Assembly: GCA_963847665.1 (NCBI GenBank)
Contig: CAWKAO010000001.1
Span: 120,131 to 184,130 of the forward strand
Direction of reading: 5' to 3'
Origin: an uncultured Actinomycetes bacterium
GTDB lineage: Bacteria > Actinomycetota > Humimicrobiia > Humimicrobiales > Humimicrobiaceae
DNA: 64,000 nt
Shown here: in pieces, positions 17,819 through 26,943 of the stretch
Layout of the letters: each line of letters begins with the position of its first letter
How positions within the stretch are numbered: the stretch's first letter is position 1
Program-made: the position numbers and the translations under genes
Notes under the pieces: model-generated
What the model was told of the DNA's origin: nothing
Seen by the model: only the letters and a program-made list of their open reading frames with translations
The model's database searches: none

Positions 17819-20800
17819 TTGCTTCACTTTTATCGTTTTATCGATAAGAGTTTTGAATATTGTTTCTATGTTGAGACATCAGCAGGACTTTCAAAACAGG
17901 AAATAAAAAAATTAAAGTGGTTGCTTTCTGAGACCTTCCAGCCACAATTTTTTGGCCAGGATTCTTTTTTAAATCCCTCAGCGACAAAAAAATCAAAAGG
18001 TATAACTGTTGAAATAGGCCCACGGCTTAATTTTGAGACATCCTATTCCACTAATGCTGTTGCGATCTGTAATTCTTGCGGTTTAAATAAGGTGATAAGG
18101 CTGGAACGCTCCCATAATTACCATCTGGATGCAAAAGCAAATGCAGTAGAATTCATAAAAGATCACCATGACAGGATGACCGAGATGCAGTACGAGCAGC
18201 CTCTTGCCAGTTTTGAGACAGGCGTAAGGCCTGAAGAAGTCACCCTGTTACCCCTTATTCAAAGAGGACGTCAACTATTAATAGAAATAAACGAATATTA
18301 TGGACTTGGATTTGATGCTTGGGATATAGACTTTTATTATAACCTTTTTACCAAGGAATTCGGCAGGGATCCGACCAATGTAGAATGCTATCATCTCAGT
18401 CAGGCAAACAGCGAACATTCGAGGCACTGGTTTTTTAAGGGTAAAATGGTAATAGACGGAAAGGTCCAGGAAAAATCCCTTTTCCAGATCATAAAAGACA
18501 CATTATCATCAAGTCCTGCCAATAGTCTTATAGCCTTTAAAGATAATTCGAGTGCAATAGTGGGATTTTTGATCGATACTATCCTGCCTGAAAGTCCCGG
18601 TTTTTGCTCAACTTTTAATAAAAATAAAGTCAAATATCATATTATTTTTACAGCAGAAACTCACAATTTCCCCAGTGGAGTGGCCCCTTTTCCTGGAGCT
18701 GAAACAGGTACAGGTGGGAGGATAAGAGATGTAGAAGCTACTGGAAGGGGAGGGCTCGTTGTTGCAGGAACCGCAGGTTATGCGACAGGCAATCTGAATA
18801 TCTATGGCTATAGGATACCAGGCGAAGACAGGTCTTTTAGATACCCTGTAAATCTTTCGGTCCCCTTAAAGATCTTAATAGAGGAAAGCAATGGAGCCTC
18901 AGATTATGGAAATAAGTTCGGGGAACCTGTTATACAGGGTTTTACAAGGACATTTGGACAGAAACTGCCAAATGGAGAAAGAAAAGAATGGATAAAGCCC
19001 ATAATGTTTACAGGCGGTATAGGGCAGATAGATGGAAGGCATTTAGATAAAAAACCTGCAGAAAAGGGCATGCTGATCATCCAGGTCGGCGGTCCGGCGT
19101 ACAGGATCGGACTCGGAGGAGGTTCTGCTTCCAGCCTCATACAGGGTGAAAACAGGGAAGAGCTTGATTTTAATGCTGTACAGCGTGGAAACGCAGAAAT
19201 GGAACAGAAACTGAACAGGGTGGTAAGAGCATGTGTCGAGATGGGGGATAGAAATCCTATACTTAGCATACATGACCAGGGAGCAGGGGGCCCCTGCAAT
19301 GTCATCACTGAAATAGTGGAGCCTGCTGGAGGAAGGATAAATATCAGAAATATAACTGTAGGTGATAAGACTATGTCTGTGCTTGAAATATGGGTATCGG
19401 AATACCAGGAGAGAAATGCGTTCCTTATTGCTCCAGTGGACATAAAAAGATTCAGGGATATTTGCAACAGGGAAAAAGTCAACTGTGAAGTACTTGGTGA
19501 AATAACCGGCAGCGGCAGTATAGTCGTCAGCGACAGTCTTGATGATTCTACACCTGTGGATCTTGAACTTTCTAAAATACTGGGTAATATTCCACAAAAG
19601 CAGTTTGAATCTGAAAGGATAAAAAAATCCTTAGAACCTTTTAAGATACCGGAAGACCTCGATATAAAAAATACCCTCAGGGAACTTTTTAAGCTTCCGT
19701 CTATAGGCTCAAAAGGTTTTTTGGTAAGAAAAGTCGACAGGAGCGTTACCGGACTTGTTTCAAGGCAACAATGCTGCGGCCCTCTTCAATTGCCTGTATC
19801 TGATGTCGCAGTTATCGCTCAGAGTCATTTTGGGTTAACAGGGGCAGCGATCTCCATAGGTGAGCAGCCGCTTAAGATCCTTGTGGACCCCTGTGCCGGA
19901 GCAAGAATGGCAGTAGCAGAAGCCCTGACCAATATGATCTGGGCAAAGATCACAGATCTTTCCCACATAAAATGTTCGGTAAACTGGATGTGGCCCGCAA
20001 AATTACCTGGTGAGGGTGCAGAATTATGGGATTGCGCAAATGCACTTTCAGATCTTATGAAGGGCCTTGGTATAGCAGCAGATGGCGGAAAAGACAGTGT
20101 CTCAATGGCTGCTCAGGTCGATGAGAATACCGTAAAGTCACCAGGAACTGTTGTGGTATCTGCTTATGCTACAGTCCAGGATATAAGAAAAGTCGTAACA
20201 CCGGATTTAAAAAAACCGGGTGAAAGCATATTGATACTGATCGAACCCGAAACTGGACAATACAGGCTGGGAGGTTCTGCACTGGGGCAGATCTTATCCC
20301 AGACAGGTGATTCAACTCCTGATATCAGCAGTCCTGAAATGCTGAAAAATACTTTTTTTGCTATTCAGGGACTCATAGATGCCGGCTTGTTATTATCGGG
20401 ACATGATAGAAGTGACGGGGGGCTTGCAACCGCTATATCTGAGATGGTGATGTCGGGTAATTGTGGGGCAGAGATAAGTCTTCTTGATCAAATGGGCTCT
20501 TTAAGTAAAAACAGTCCACTTGTGCAAGATAAAAGGAATTTAAAAACAGCTGATGCAGTAAGTCAGCTTTTTAGTGAGGAGATAGGGCTAATAATAGAAG
20601 TATTACCTGAAAATAATACGAAAATAGCAGCTGTTCTGAATAAATATGGTATACCAAACAGGGTTCTTGGCAGGACTACCAGCGAAAGGCAATTGACCAT
20701 CAGCAACTGTAATGATGTAATACTTGAGATTGAGACTTCTGAACTTATACAATGGTGGGAATCTACAAGTGATGAACTGGAAAAACATCAGATGGAAAAA

Positions 20801-21718
20801 AGTTTTGCAGAGACCCAAAAAAAAGCCCATATAAGAAAAGGTCCGTCTTATTGTCTTTCATTTGTCCCGGAGGATAAGCAACAATGGTCTGCACACAACG
20901 GTCAAAAACCCAAAGTCGCTATAATCCGTGAAGAAGGCAGTAATGGCGACAGGGAGATGACTTCAGCTTTTTACATGGCAGGTTTTGATACATGGGATGT
21001 CACCATGACAGATCTTTTGGATGGAAGGACTTCTTTAAGTGAGTTCAGGGGTGCTGTCTTCGTGGGAGGTTTTTCATATGCTGATGTCCTTGATAGCGCC
21101 AAGGGCTGGGCCGGGATAATTAGGTTTAATCAGGGACTTTCAAAGATGTTTAAAGATTTCTATGAAAGGCAGGATACATTCTCGCTTGGTGTATGCAACG
21201 GCTGCCAGTTGATGACATTGCTTGGCTGGGTGCCCTGGGATGGGATAGCAGAAGAAGGACAACCAAGATTCATATCAAATCCCTCCGGGAGATTCGAGTC
21301 CAGGTGGGCCACAGTAAAAATCCTTGAAAGCCCCGCAATAATGTTAAAGGGTATGGAAAACTCAGTACTTGGTATCTGGGTTGCTCACAGGGAAGGCTAT
21401 ATGCATTGCCCGGATAAAGCGATCTTCAGTAAAGCAAAAGATGCACGGCTTTTCCCACTCGCTTATGTAGATGATGATCTTGGTCTCACAGAAAAATATC
21501 CTTTTAATCCAAATAGTTCACCGGGAGGCTATACTTCTATCTGCTCCCTCGACGGAAGACATCTTTGTATGATGCCTCACCCGGAAAGATCTTTCCTGTC
21601 ATGGCAATGGCCATGGGTCCCCGAAGGTTTTATCACAGAAGACCTCAAGGATGTTAACGCTTCTCCATGGTTAAGGATGTTTCAGAATGCGAGAAAATGG
21701 TGTGATGAAAACAAATAG
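17819..21718 (+). CDS. purL: Phosphoribosylformylglycinamidine synthase, large fused type
   Basis: QANSEHSRH, AETHNFP, SIHDQGAGG and a C-terminal glutaminase (REEGSNGDREM, GVCNGCQ, MMPHPER) in one 1299-aa chain. Confidence 0.96.
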   Translation: MLHFYRFIDKSFEYCFYVETSAGLSKQEIKKLKWLLSETFQPQFFGQDSFLNPSATKKSKGITVEIGPRLNFETSYSTNAVAICNSCGLNKVIRLERSHNYHLDAKANAVEFIKDHHDRMTEMQYEQPLASFETGVRPEEVTLLPLIQRGRQLLIEINEYYGLGFDAWDIDFYYNLFTKEFGRDPTNVECYHLSQANSEHSRHWFFKGKMVIDGKVQEKSLFQIIKDTLSSSPANSLIAFKDNSSAIVGFLIDTILPESPGFCSTFNKNKVKYHIIFTAETHNFPSGVAPFPGAETGTGGRIRDVEATGRGGLVVAGTAGYATGNLNIYGYRIPGEDRSFRYPVNLSVPLKILIEESNGASDYGNKFGEPVIQGFTRTFGQKLPNGERKEWIKPIMFTGGIGQIDGRHLDKKPAEKGMLIIQVGGPAYRIGLGGGSASSLIQGENREELDFNAVQRGNAEMEQKLNRVVRACVEMGDRNPILSIHDQGAGGPCNVITEIVEPAGGRINIRNITVGDKTMSVLEIWVSEYQERNAFLIAPVDIKRFRDICNREKVNCEVLGEITGSGSIVVSDSLDDSTPVDLELSKILGNIPQKQFESERIKKSLEPFKIPEDLDIKNTLRELFKLPSIGSKGFLVRKVDRSVTGLVSRQQCCGPLQLPVSDVAVIAQSHFGLTGAAISIGEQPLKILVDPCAGARMAVAEALTNMIWAKITDLSHIKCSVNWMWPAKLPGEGAELWDCANALSDLMKGLGIAADGGKDSVSMAAQVDENTVKSPGTVVVSAYATVQDIRKVVTPDLKKPGESILILIEPETGQYRLGGSALGQILSQTGDSTPDISSPEMLKNTFFAIQGLIDAGLLLSGHDRSDGGLATAISEMVMSGNCGAEISLLDQMGSLSKNSPLVQDKRNLKTADAVSQLFSEEIGLIIEVLPENNTKIAAVLNKYGIPNRVLGRTTSERQLTISNCNDVILEIETSELIQWWESTSDELEKHQMEKSFAETQKKAHIRKGPSYCLSFVPEDKQQWSAHNGQKPKVAIIREEGSNGDREMTSAFYMAGFDTWDVTMTDLLDGRTSLSEFRGAVFVGGFSYADVLDSAKGWAGIIRFNQGLSKMFKDFYERQDTFSLGVCNGCQLMTLLGWVPWDGIAEEGQPRFISNPSGRFESRWATVKILESPAIMLKGMENSVLGIWVAHREGYMHCPDKAIFSKAKDARLFPLAYVDDDLGLTEKYPFNPNSSPGGYTSICSLDGRHLCMMPHPERSFLSWQWPWVPEGFITEDLKDVNASPWLRMFQNARKWCDENK

Positions 21719-21827
21719 ATTCTTTTTCCTTATTTTGATAATCTAAATGTATCAAAAGAGGGCAAAATAAAAGATAATGGAAATAAAGAGATATTGATGG
21801 CCTTCCATTACGGGCAAAAAGACTAAT

Positions 21828-23297
21828 ATGGTAAAAAAGATTTATATACATGACCAAAAGATAAAAGATGAATGCGGAGTATTTGGAATATATACCAGAA
21901 GCAGAAATGCTGCCGAGTTTATTTTTTATGGTCTACAGGCTCTTCAGCACAGGGGACAGGAAAGTGCAGGAATAGCAGTATCTGACGGAGAAGACATACT
22001 GGTCTTTAAAGATCTGGGTCTCGTATCCCAGGTTTTTTCTGAGCAGAATCTTGCGCCCCTGCAGGGAAATATCGGTATAGGGCATACAAGGTACTCTACT
22101 ACAGGCAGCAACATATGGGATAATTCACAGCCTCTTTATCGGATGTTTGGGGAAGAAGTCTTTGCTGTTGCCCATAATGGCAACCTTACAAATACTGAAG
22201 AACTTAGAAAAGAACAAATGCGAAAGGGTATAAGGTTTGAAACGACAACTGATACTGAAGTCATTGCATCCCTTATTGAAAGCTATGACGGTACAAGCAT
22301 AGAGGATGCCGTAAAAGAAACTGCCGGTAAGATAAAGGGCTCATACTCATTACTGGTCCTGACCAAGAATAAGGTATTTGCTATAAGAGATCCACACGGC
22401 TTCAGGCCCATGGTCCTTGGTGACCGGGAGGGGGACTATATTGTCGCATCTGAGACATGCGCACTGGATATAATAGATGCTGATTTTGTCAGGGAGATAG
22501 ACCCCGGAGAGATCGTTATCATAGATAAAGATGGATTGCGTTCCCAGATGATGCTTCCTGTAGACAGAATATCGATGTGTGTTTTCGAACTGATATATTT
22601 TGCCCGCCCTGACAGTTACCTGTACAATAAAAATATTTTCAAGATAAGGCATGCAATGGGCAGGGAACTTGCAAAAGAGAATCCTGTTATAGCTGATCTT
22701 GTCATTTCTGTTCCCGACTCAGGGACACCGGCAGCCATAGGGTATTCTGAGCAGTCAGGGATACCTTATAGCGAGGGTCTTATAAAGAACAGGTACATAG
22801 GCAGGACATTTATACAACCCATTCAGGAAATAAGGGAGATCGGGGTAAAAATAAAATTAAATCCACTTACAGAAGTGATCAAGAAGAAAAAGCTGGTCGT
22901 AGTTGATGATTCTATAGTGAGGGGCAATACGTCAAAAAAAGTGGTCCAGATGTTATATTCTGCAGGGGCAAAAGAGGTACATATGAGGATAAGCAGCCCA
23001 CCTCTTCTATATCCCTGTTATTATGGCATTGATATGGCAACAAAAAAGGAATTTATTGCAAACCACAGGACTCTTGAAGATATAAGGAAATACCTGAATG
23101 TCGACTCCCTCAGGTACCTGTCCATCGACGGACTCGTCCACGCTATTGGCGAGACAAAGGATAAATTCTGTTTTGCCTGTTTTAACGGAGATTACCCGGT
23201 ACCAATACCTGATGAAGCTGACTTTGATAAATATTTTATGGAGAAAAACGAATACCTCGAAGAAAAAGAACAGACAGGACTCCCTTCTAATATTTGA
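21828..23297 (+). CDS. purF: Amidophosphoribosyltransferase
   Basis: DE|CGVFG, LQHRGQESAG, VVVDDSIVRG, PCYYGIDM. Confidence 0.97.
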   Translation: MVKKIYIHDQKIKDECGVFGIYTRSRNAAEFIFYGLQALQHRGQESAGIAVSDGEDILVFKDLGLVSQVFSEQNLAPLQGNIGIGHTRYSTTGSNIWDNSQPLYRMFGEEVFAVAHNGNLTNTEELRKEQMRKGIRFETTTDTEVIASLIESYDGTSIEDAVKETAGKIKGSYSLLVLTKNKVFAIRDPHGFRPMVLGDREGDYIVASETCALDIIDADFVREIDPGEIVIIDKDGLRSQMMLPVDRISMCVFELIYFARPDSYLYNKNIFKIRHAMGRELAKENPVIADLVISVPDSGTPAAIGYSEQSGIPYSEGLIKNRYIGRTFIQPIQEIREIGVKIKLNPLTEVIKKKKLVVVDDSIVRGNTSKKVVQMLYSAGAKEVHMRISSPPLLYPCYYGIDMATKKEFIANHRTLEDIRKYLNVDSLRYLSIDGLVHAIGETKDKFCFACFNGDYPVPIPDEADFDKYFMEKNEYLEEKEQTGLPSNI

Positions 23298-23307
23298 AAG
23301 GACTAAA

Positions 23308-24385
23308 TTGAAAGATAAATACAGTTCATCTGGAGTTGATCTTGATGAAGCAGCCAGGGCTGTTGATCTTATTAAAAAACCTGTTTTCAGTACTTTTTCT
23401 TCAAATGTCTTAAATGACCTCACCTCATTTGCAGGATTGTTCCGGCTTGATAGCAGCAAATTATAAAGAGCCTGTTCTTGTTTCTTCAACTGATGGTGTC
23501 GGTACCAAGCTTTTGATAGCGAGGGAAACAGGGATTTATGACCATATAGGCCAGGACCTTGTAGGGATGTGCATAAACGATATTTTATGCTGCGGGGCCA
23601 CCCCTTTATTTTTTCTTGATTATATTGCGTGCGGAAAGCTGGTGCCTGAAAGAATAAATACCATAGTCAGCTCTATAGCTTCCAGCTGTATTGAATGCGA
23701 GACTTCCCTGATCGGAGGAGAAACTGCTGAGATGCCGGGTATGTACGAACCTGGAGATATAGATCTTGCAGGATTTGCTGTAGGGGTCGTAGATAAAAAA
23801 GATATTATAAATCCAGCTCTTGTAAAAAGGGGAGATATCGTTTTTGGTATCGCATCATCAGGACTTCACAGTAACGGGTTTTCTCTTGTAAGAAAGATCA
23901 TCAAAGATAAAAATATTGATATCAATGAGGAGTTTGGTCCGGGTACAGATAAAGAACATGCATTTGGTTCCGTTTCTGCTGATAGTAAAAAACCTCATAG
24001 TCTTAGAGAAGTGATATTGGAGCCAACAAATCTATATTTTAAGACCCTGAAGCAAATAAAAGAGGCAGATATCAAACTCAGCGGGATAGCACATATAACC
24101 GGTGGAGGTTTCTTTGAAAATATAAACAGGGTCATACCCAGGGAAAATGACGCAGTCATCAGAAGCGGGACCTGGCCGGTCCCGGAGATATTCAGGTTTT
24201 TACAAAAGATGGGATCTGTAAGTGCTGAAGAGATGTTCAGGGTATTCAATATGGGTATCGGTATGGTGATGCTGGTTTCTAAAAAAAATGCAGAAAAGCT
24301 AAGAGGTATTTCACAAAAACTTCCTTTTAAAATTTTTGAAATAGGAGCCATAATCGAGGGAAGTGGAAGGGTAATAATAAATTAG
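23308..24385 (+). CDS. purM: AIR synthetase PurM, frameshifted near 23455-23463 (sequencing error or pseudogene)
   Basis: N-terminus (TTG 23308) KYSSSGVDLD...FAGLF lies in one frame; YKEPVLVSSTDGVGTK, GGETAEMPG, GLHSNGFSL and AHITGGG lie in the +1 frame. Confidence 0.9.
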
Positions 24386-24429
24386 ACCTTTCAAGATCAT
24401 CCGACTCCTGGTCTTACAAAAAAATTAAT

Positions 24430-25041
24430 ATGAAAGATAAAAAAAGAATAGCAGTATTTGCTTCAGGGTATGGCTCAAATCTTCAGGCAATCATCGATTA
24501 CTCACAAAAAAAAGATATAAGCGGTTCGATAGTCCTTGTCTTAAGCAACAATGCCGATTCCTATGCTTTGAAGAGAGCCGAAAAAAACTCCATAAGATCC
24601 GTTTGTATTGAGCCTGGAGGATTTAAAGACAGGGCAGCATTTGATGCTGAAATCCTAATGGTATTGAGTAAAGAAAAGATAGACCTGATAGTCCTTGCAG
24701 GTTATATGCTGCTTCTAGGAGAGGAAATAGTCGGAAATTATCAAAACAGGATATTGAATATACACCCGGCACTCTTACCTGCGTTTAAAGGTTTGCATGG
24801 AATAAAAGATGCTTATGATTATGGTGTCAGGGTCACGGGTGTGACTGTGCATTTTGTAGATAATGGACTTGACAGCGGTCCTATAATCTTTCAGCAGGCA
24901 GTGATCCTTGACCAGGATGACAGCCTTGAAATGATTGGAAAAAAGATCCATGAAGTGGAACATAAGGTCTACCCTGAAGCCATAAGACTTTTTTGTCAGG
25001 ACCGCCTGCAGATCAGGGGAAGAAAAGTCCTGATAAAATAA
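24430..25041 (+). CDS. purN: Phosphoribosylglycinamide formyltransferase
   Basis: ASGYGSNLQA, LAGYM, NIHPALLPAF.G, HFVD.GLDSGPII. Confidence 0.97.
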   Translation: MKDKKRIAVFASGYGSNLQAIIDYSQKKDISGSIVLVLSNNADSYALKRAEKNSIRSVCIEPGGFKDRAAFDAEILMVLSKEKIDLIVLAGYMLLLGEEIVGNYQNRILNIHPALLPAFKGLHGIKDAYDYGVRVTGVTVHFVDNGLDSGPIIFQQAVILDQDDSLEMIGKKIHEVEHKVYPEAIRLFCQDRLQIRGRKVLIK

Positions 25042-25118
25042 AACATTAAAAACTGCAGTTTGAAAAAAATATATGGTTTTTTAATTACAAAATAATTTTT
25101 TAAAGACAGGAGAAAAAA

Positions 25119-26825
25119 ATGTCAATCAAGATCAAAAGGGCATTACTGAGCGTCTCCAGTAAGATCGGTATCATTAAATTTGCTGAAGCACTTCAAAGCT
25201 TCGGAGTAGAGCTTATTTCGACAGGCGGTACATATAAGCAATTATTGGATGCAGGGATAAAGGTAAAGAGGATAGAGGAACTTACTAATTTCCCAGAAAT
25301 GCTAAACGGCCGGCTCAAGACTCTTCATCCTTTTGTACATGGCGGGATCCTTGCAAACAGGTCTATAGAAGAACATCTAAGTCAGGTAAATAGTATGGGT
25401 ATTAAATTAATAGATATGGTCGTTGTCAATCTCTATCCTTTTAAAGAGACAATTTCAAAACCTGATGTCACTCTTGAGGAAGCTATAGAGAATATCGATA
25501 TAGGCGGACCGACTATGTTGAGAAGTGCCGCAAAAAACAGCAGAAATGTCGCAGCAGTTGTAGATCCACAGGACTATGAACTAATAACCGAAGAACTGAA
25601 TGCTTCAGGAGGTGAGTTGAGCCAGGCAACACTATTCAAATTGTGCGCAAAAGCATTTCAGCATACATGTGAGTATGACAGCGTGATATTTAATTACCTG
25701 TTAAAAAAATATGAAGAAAAGAAAGAGATGGATTACAGCGGCTCTGATGTCTATATAAAACCCTATTTAAAAATAGACTGCACCAAAGTTGAAAACGATT
25801 TTATAGGGGACACTTCTTCAAATTATTTTAAGGATGAAGCCGGCGGTTTTACGAAGCACCTTAATCTTGATTATGAAAAAATCAGTGATCTCAGATACGG
25901 AGAGAATCCTCACCAGAAAGCTGCTTATTATAAGATAGGAAATGCGGGGCCTGAGTGTTTCGCAAACAGCGTACAGCTCCAGGGCAAGGAACTTTCATAT
26001 AACAATATTATGGATGCAAATTCGGCATTTGCTATTGTAAAGGAATTCGATGAGCCATGTGTTGCAGTCATAAAACACAATAATCCGTGCGGGGTCGCAT
26101 TATCATCGACGGTCACACAGGCTTACCATGATGCGCATTTCTGTGATCCGGTTTCTGCTTTCGGCAGCATTGTAGCAAGCAACTTTAAATGGACCTCTGA
26201 TGCGGCCAGATTTTTACAGGATAAATTTGTAGAGGTGCTTATCGCTCCAGATTTTGAAGATGAAGCACTTGAGATACTTAAGAAGAAAGAAAACCTCAGG
26301 ATCTTAAAGATCGGTTTCAATTCTGATGAATATAAAGATAAGATAAAAAACGCTTCCTTTAAACAGTATGATGTCGACATTAAAAGTATCGATGGGGGAC
26401 TGCTTGTCCAGGATATCGATACAGCCATGTCAGGCTCAGAAACATATGATTTTGCTACAACCCTGAAACCCTCAAGGTCACAGATAGAGGACCTTTTGTT
26501 CGCATGGCAGGTATCCAAAAATGTAAAGTCAAATGCAATTGTCCTTGTGAAGGGAAGGATGACTGTAGGTATCGGAGCGGGCCAGATGAGCAGGGTCGAT
26601 GCAACAAAGATCGCTATTGAAAAAGCAGGTGAAAGAGCAAAAGGATCCGTACTTGCATCAGATGCATTTTTCCCATTTGGTGATGCCGTAGAAGCCGCTA
26701 TAGATGCTGGTGTTAAGGCGATTATCCAGCCTGGAGGTTCGGTAAAGGATAAAGAAGTAATAGAGATATGTGAGAGATTAAAAGTACCGATGCTTTTTAC
26801 AGGAAAAAGGCATTTCAGGCACTGA
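25119..26825 (+). CDS. purH: Bifunctional AICAR transformylase/IMP cyclohydrolase
   Basis: ISTGGT, KTLHP, IDIGGP, LRYGENPHQ, ASDAFFPF, RHFRH. Confidence 0.97.
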   Translation: MSIKIKRALLSVSSKIGIIKFAEALQSFGVELISTGGTYKQLLDAGIKVKRIEELTNFPEMLNGRLKTLHPFVHGGILANRSIEEHLSQVNSMGIKLIDMVVVNLYPFKETISKPDVTLEEAIENIDIGGPTMLRSAAKNSRNVAAVVDPQDYELITEELNASGGELSQATLFKLCAKAFQHTCEYDSVIFNYLLKKYEEKKEMDYSGSDVYIKPYLKIDCTKVENDFIGDTSSNYFKDEAGGFTKHLNLDYEKISDLRYGENPHQKAAYYKIGNAGPECFANSVQLQGKELSYNNIMDANSAFAIVKEFDEPCVAVIKHNNPCGVALSSTVTQAYHDAHFCDPVSAFGSIVASNFKWTSDAARFLQDKFVEVLIAPDFEDEALEILKKKENLRILKIGFNSDEYKDKIKNASFKQYDVDIKSIDGGLLVQDIDTAMSGSETYDFATTLKPSRSQIEDLLFAWQVSKNVKSNAIVLVKGRMTVGIGAGQMSRVDATKIAIEKAGERAKGSVLASDAFFPFGDAVEAAIDAGVKAIIQPGGSVKDKEVIEICERLKVPMLFTGKRHFRH

Positions 26826-26851
26826 GATTTAAAAACTTGCATCTAAATAAA

Positions 26852-26890
26852 ACTGATCCCCGCCATCCTTTTTGGGATCAGGGGATCAGT
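26852..26890. terminator. Hairpin between convergent purH and lon
   Basis: ACTGATCCCC...GGGGATCAGT inverted repeat. Confidence 0.65.
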
Positions 26891-26943
26891 AATTATTTAT
26901 TTAACTCAGCTATTCACTTACATTTCATCTGTATTTGACTGGT

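Noticed and set aside
23098-23466. Independent 122-aa gene overlapping purF
   Set aside because: Its 3' part is the true PurM N-terminus; the rest is an alternative frame of purF.
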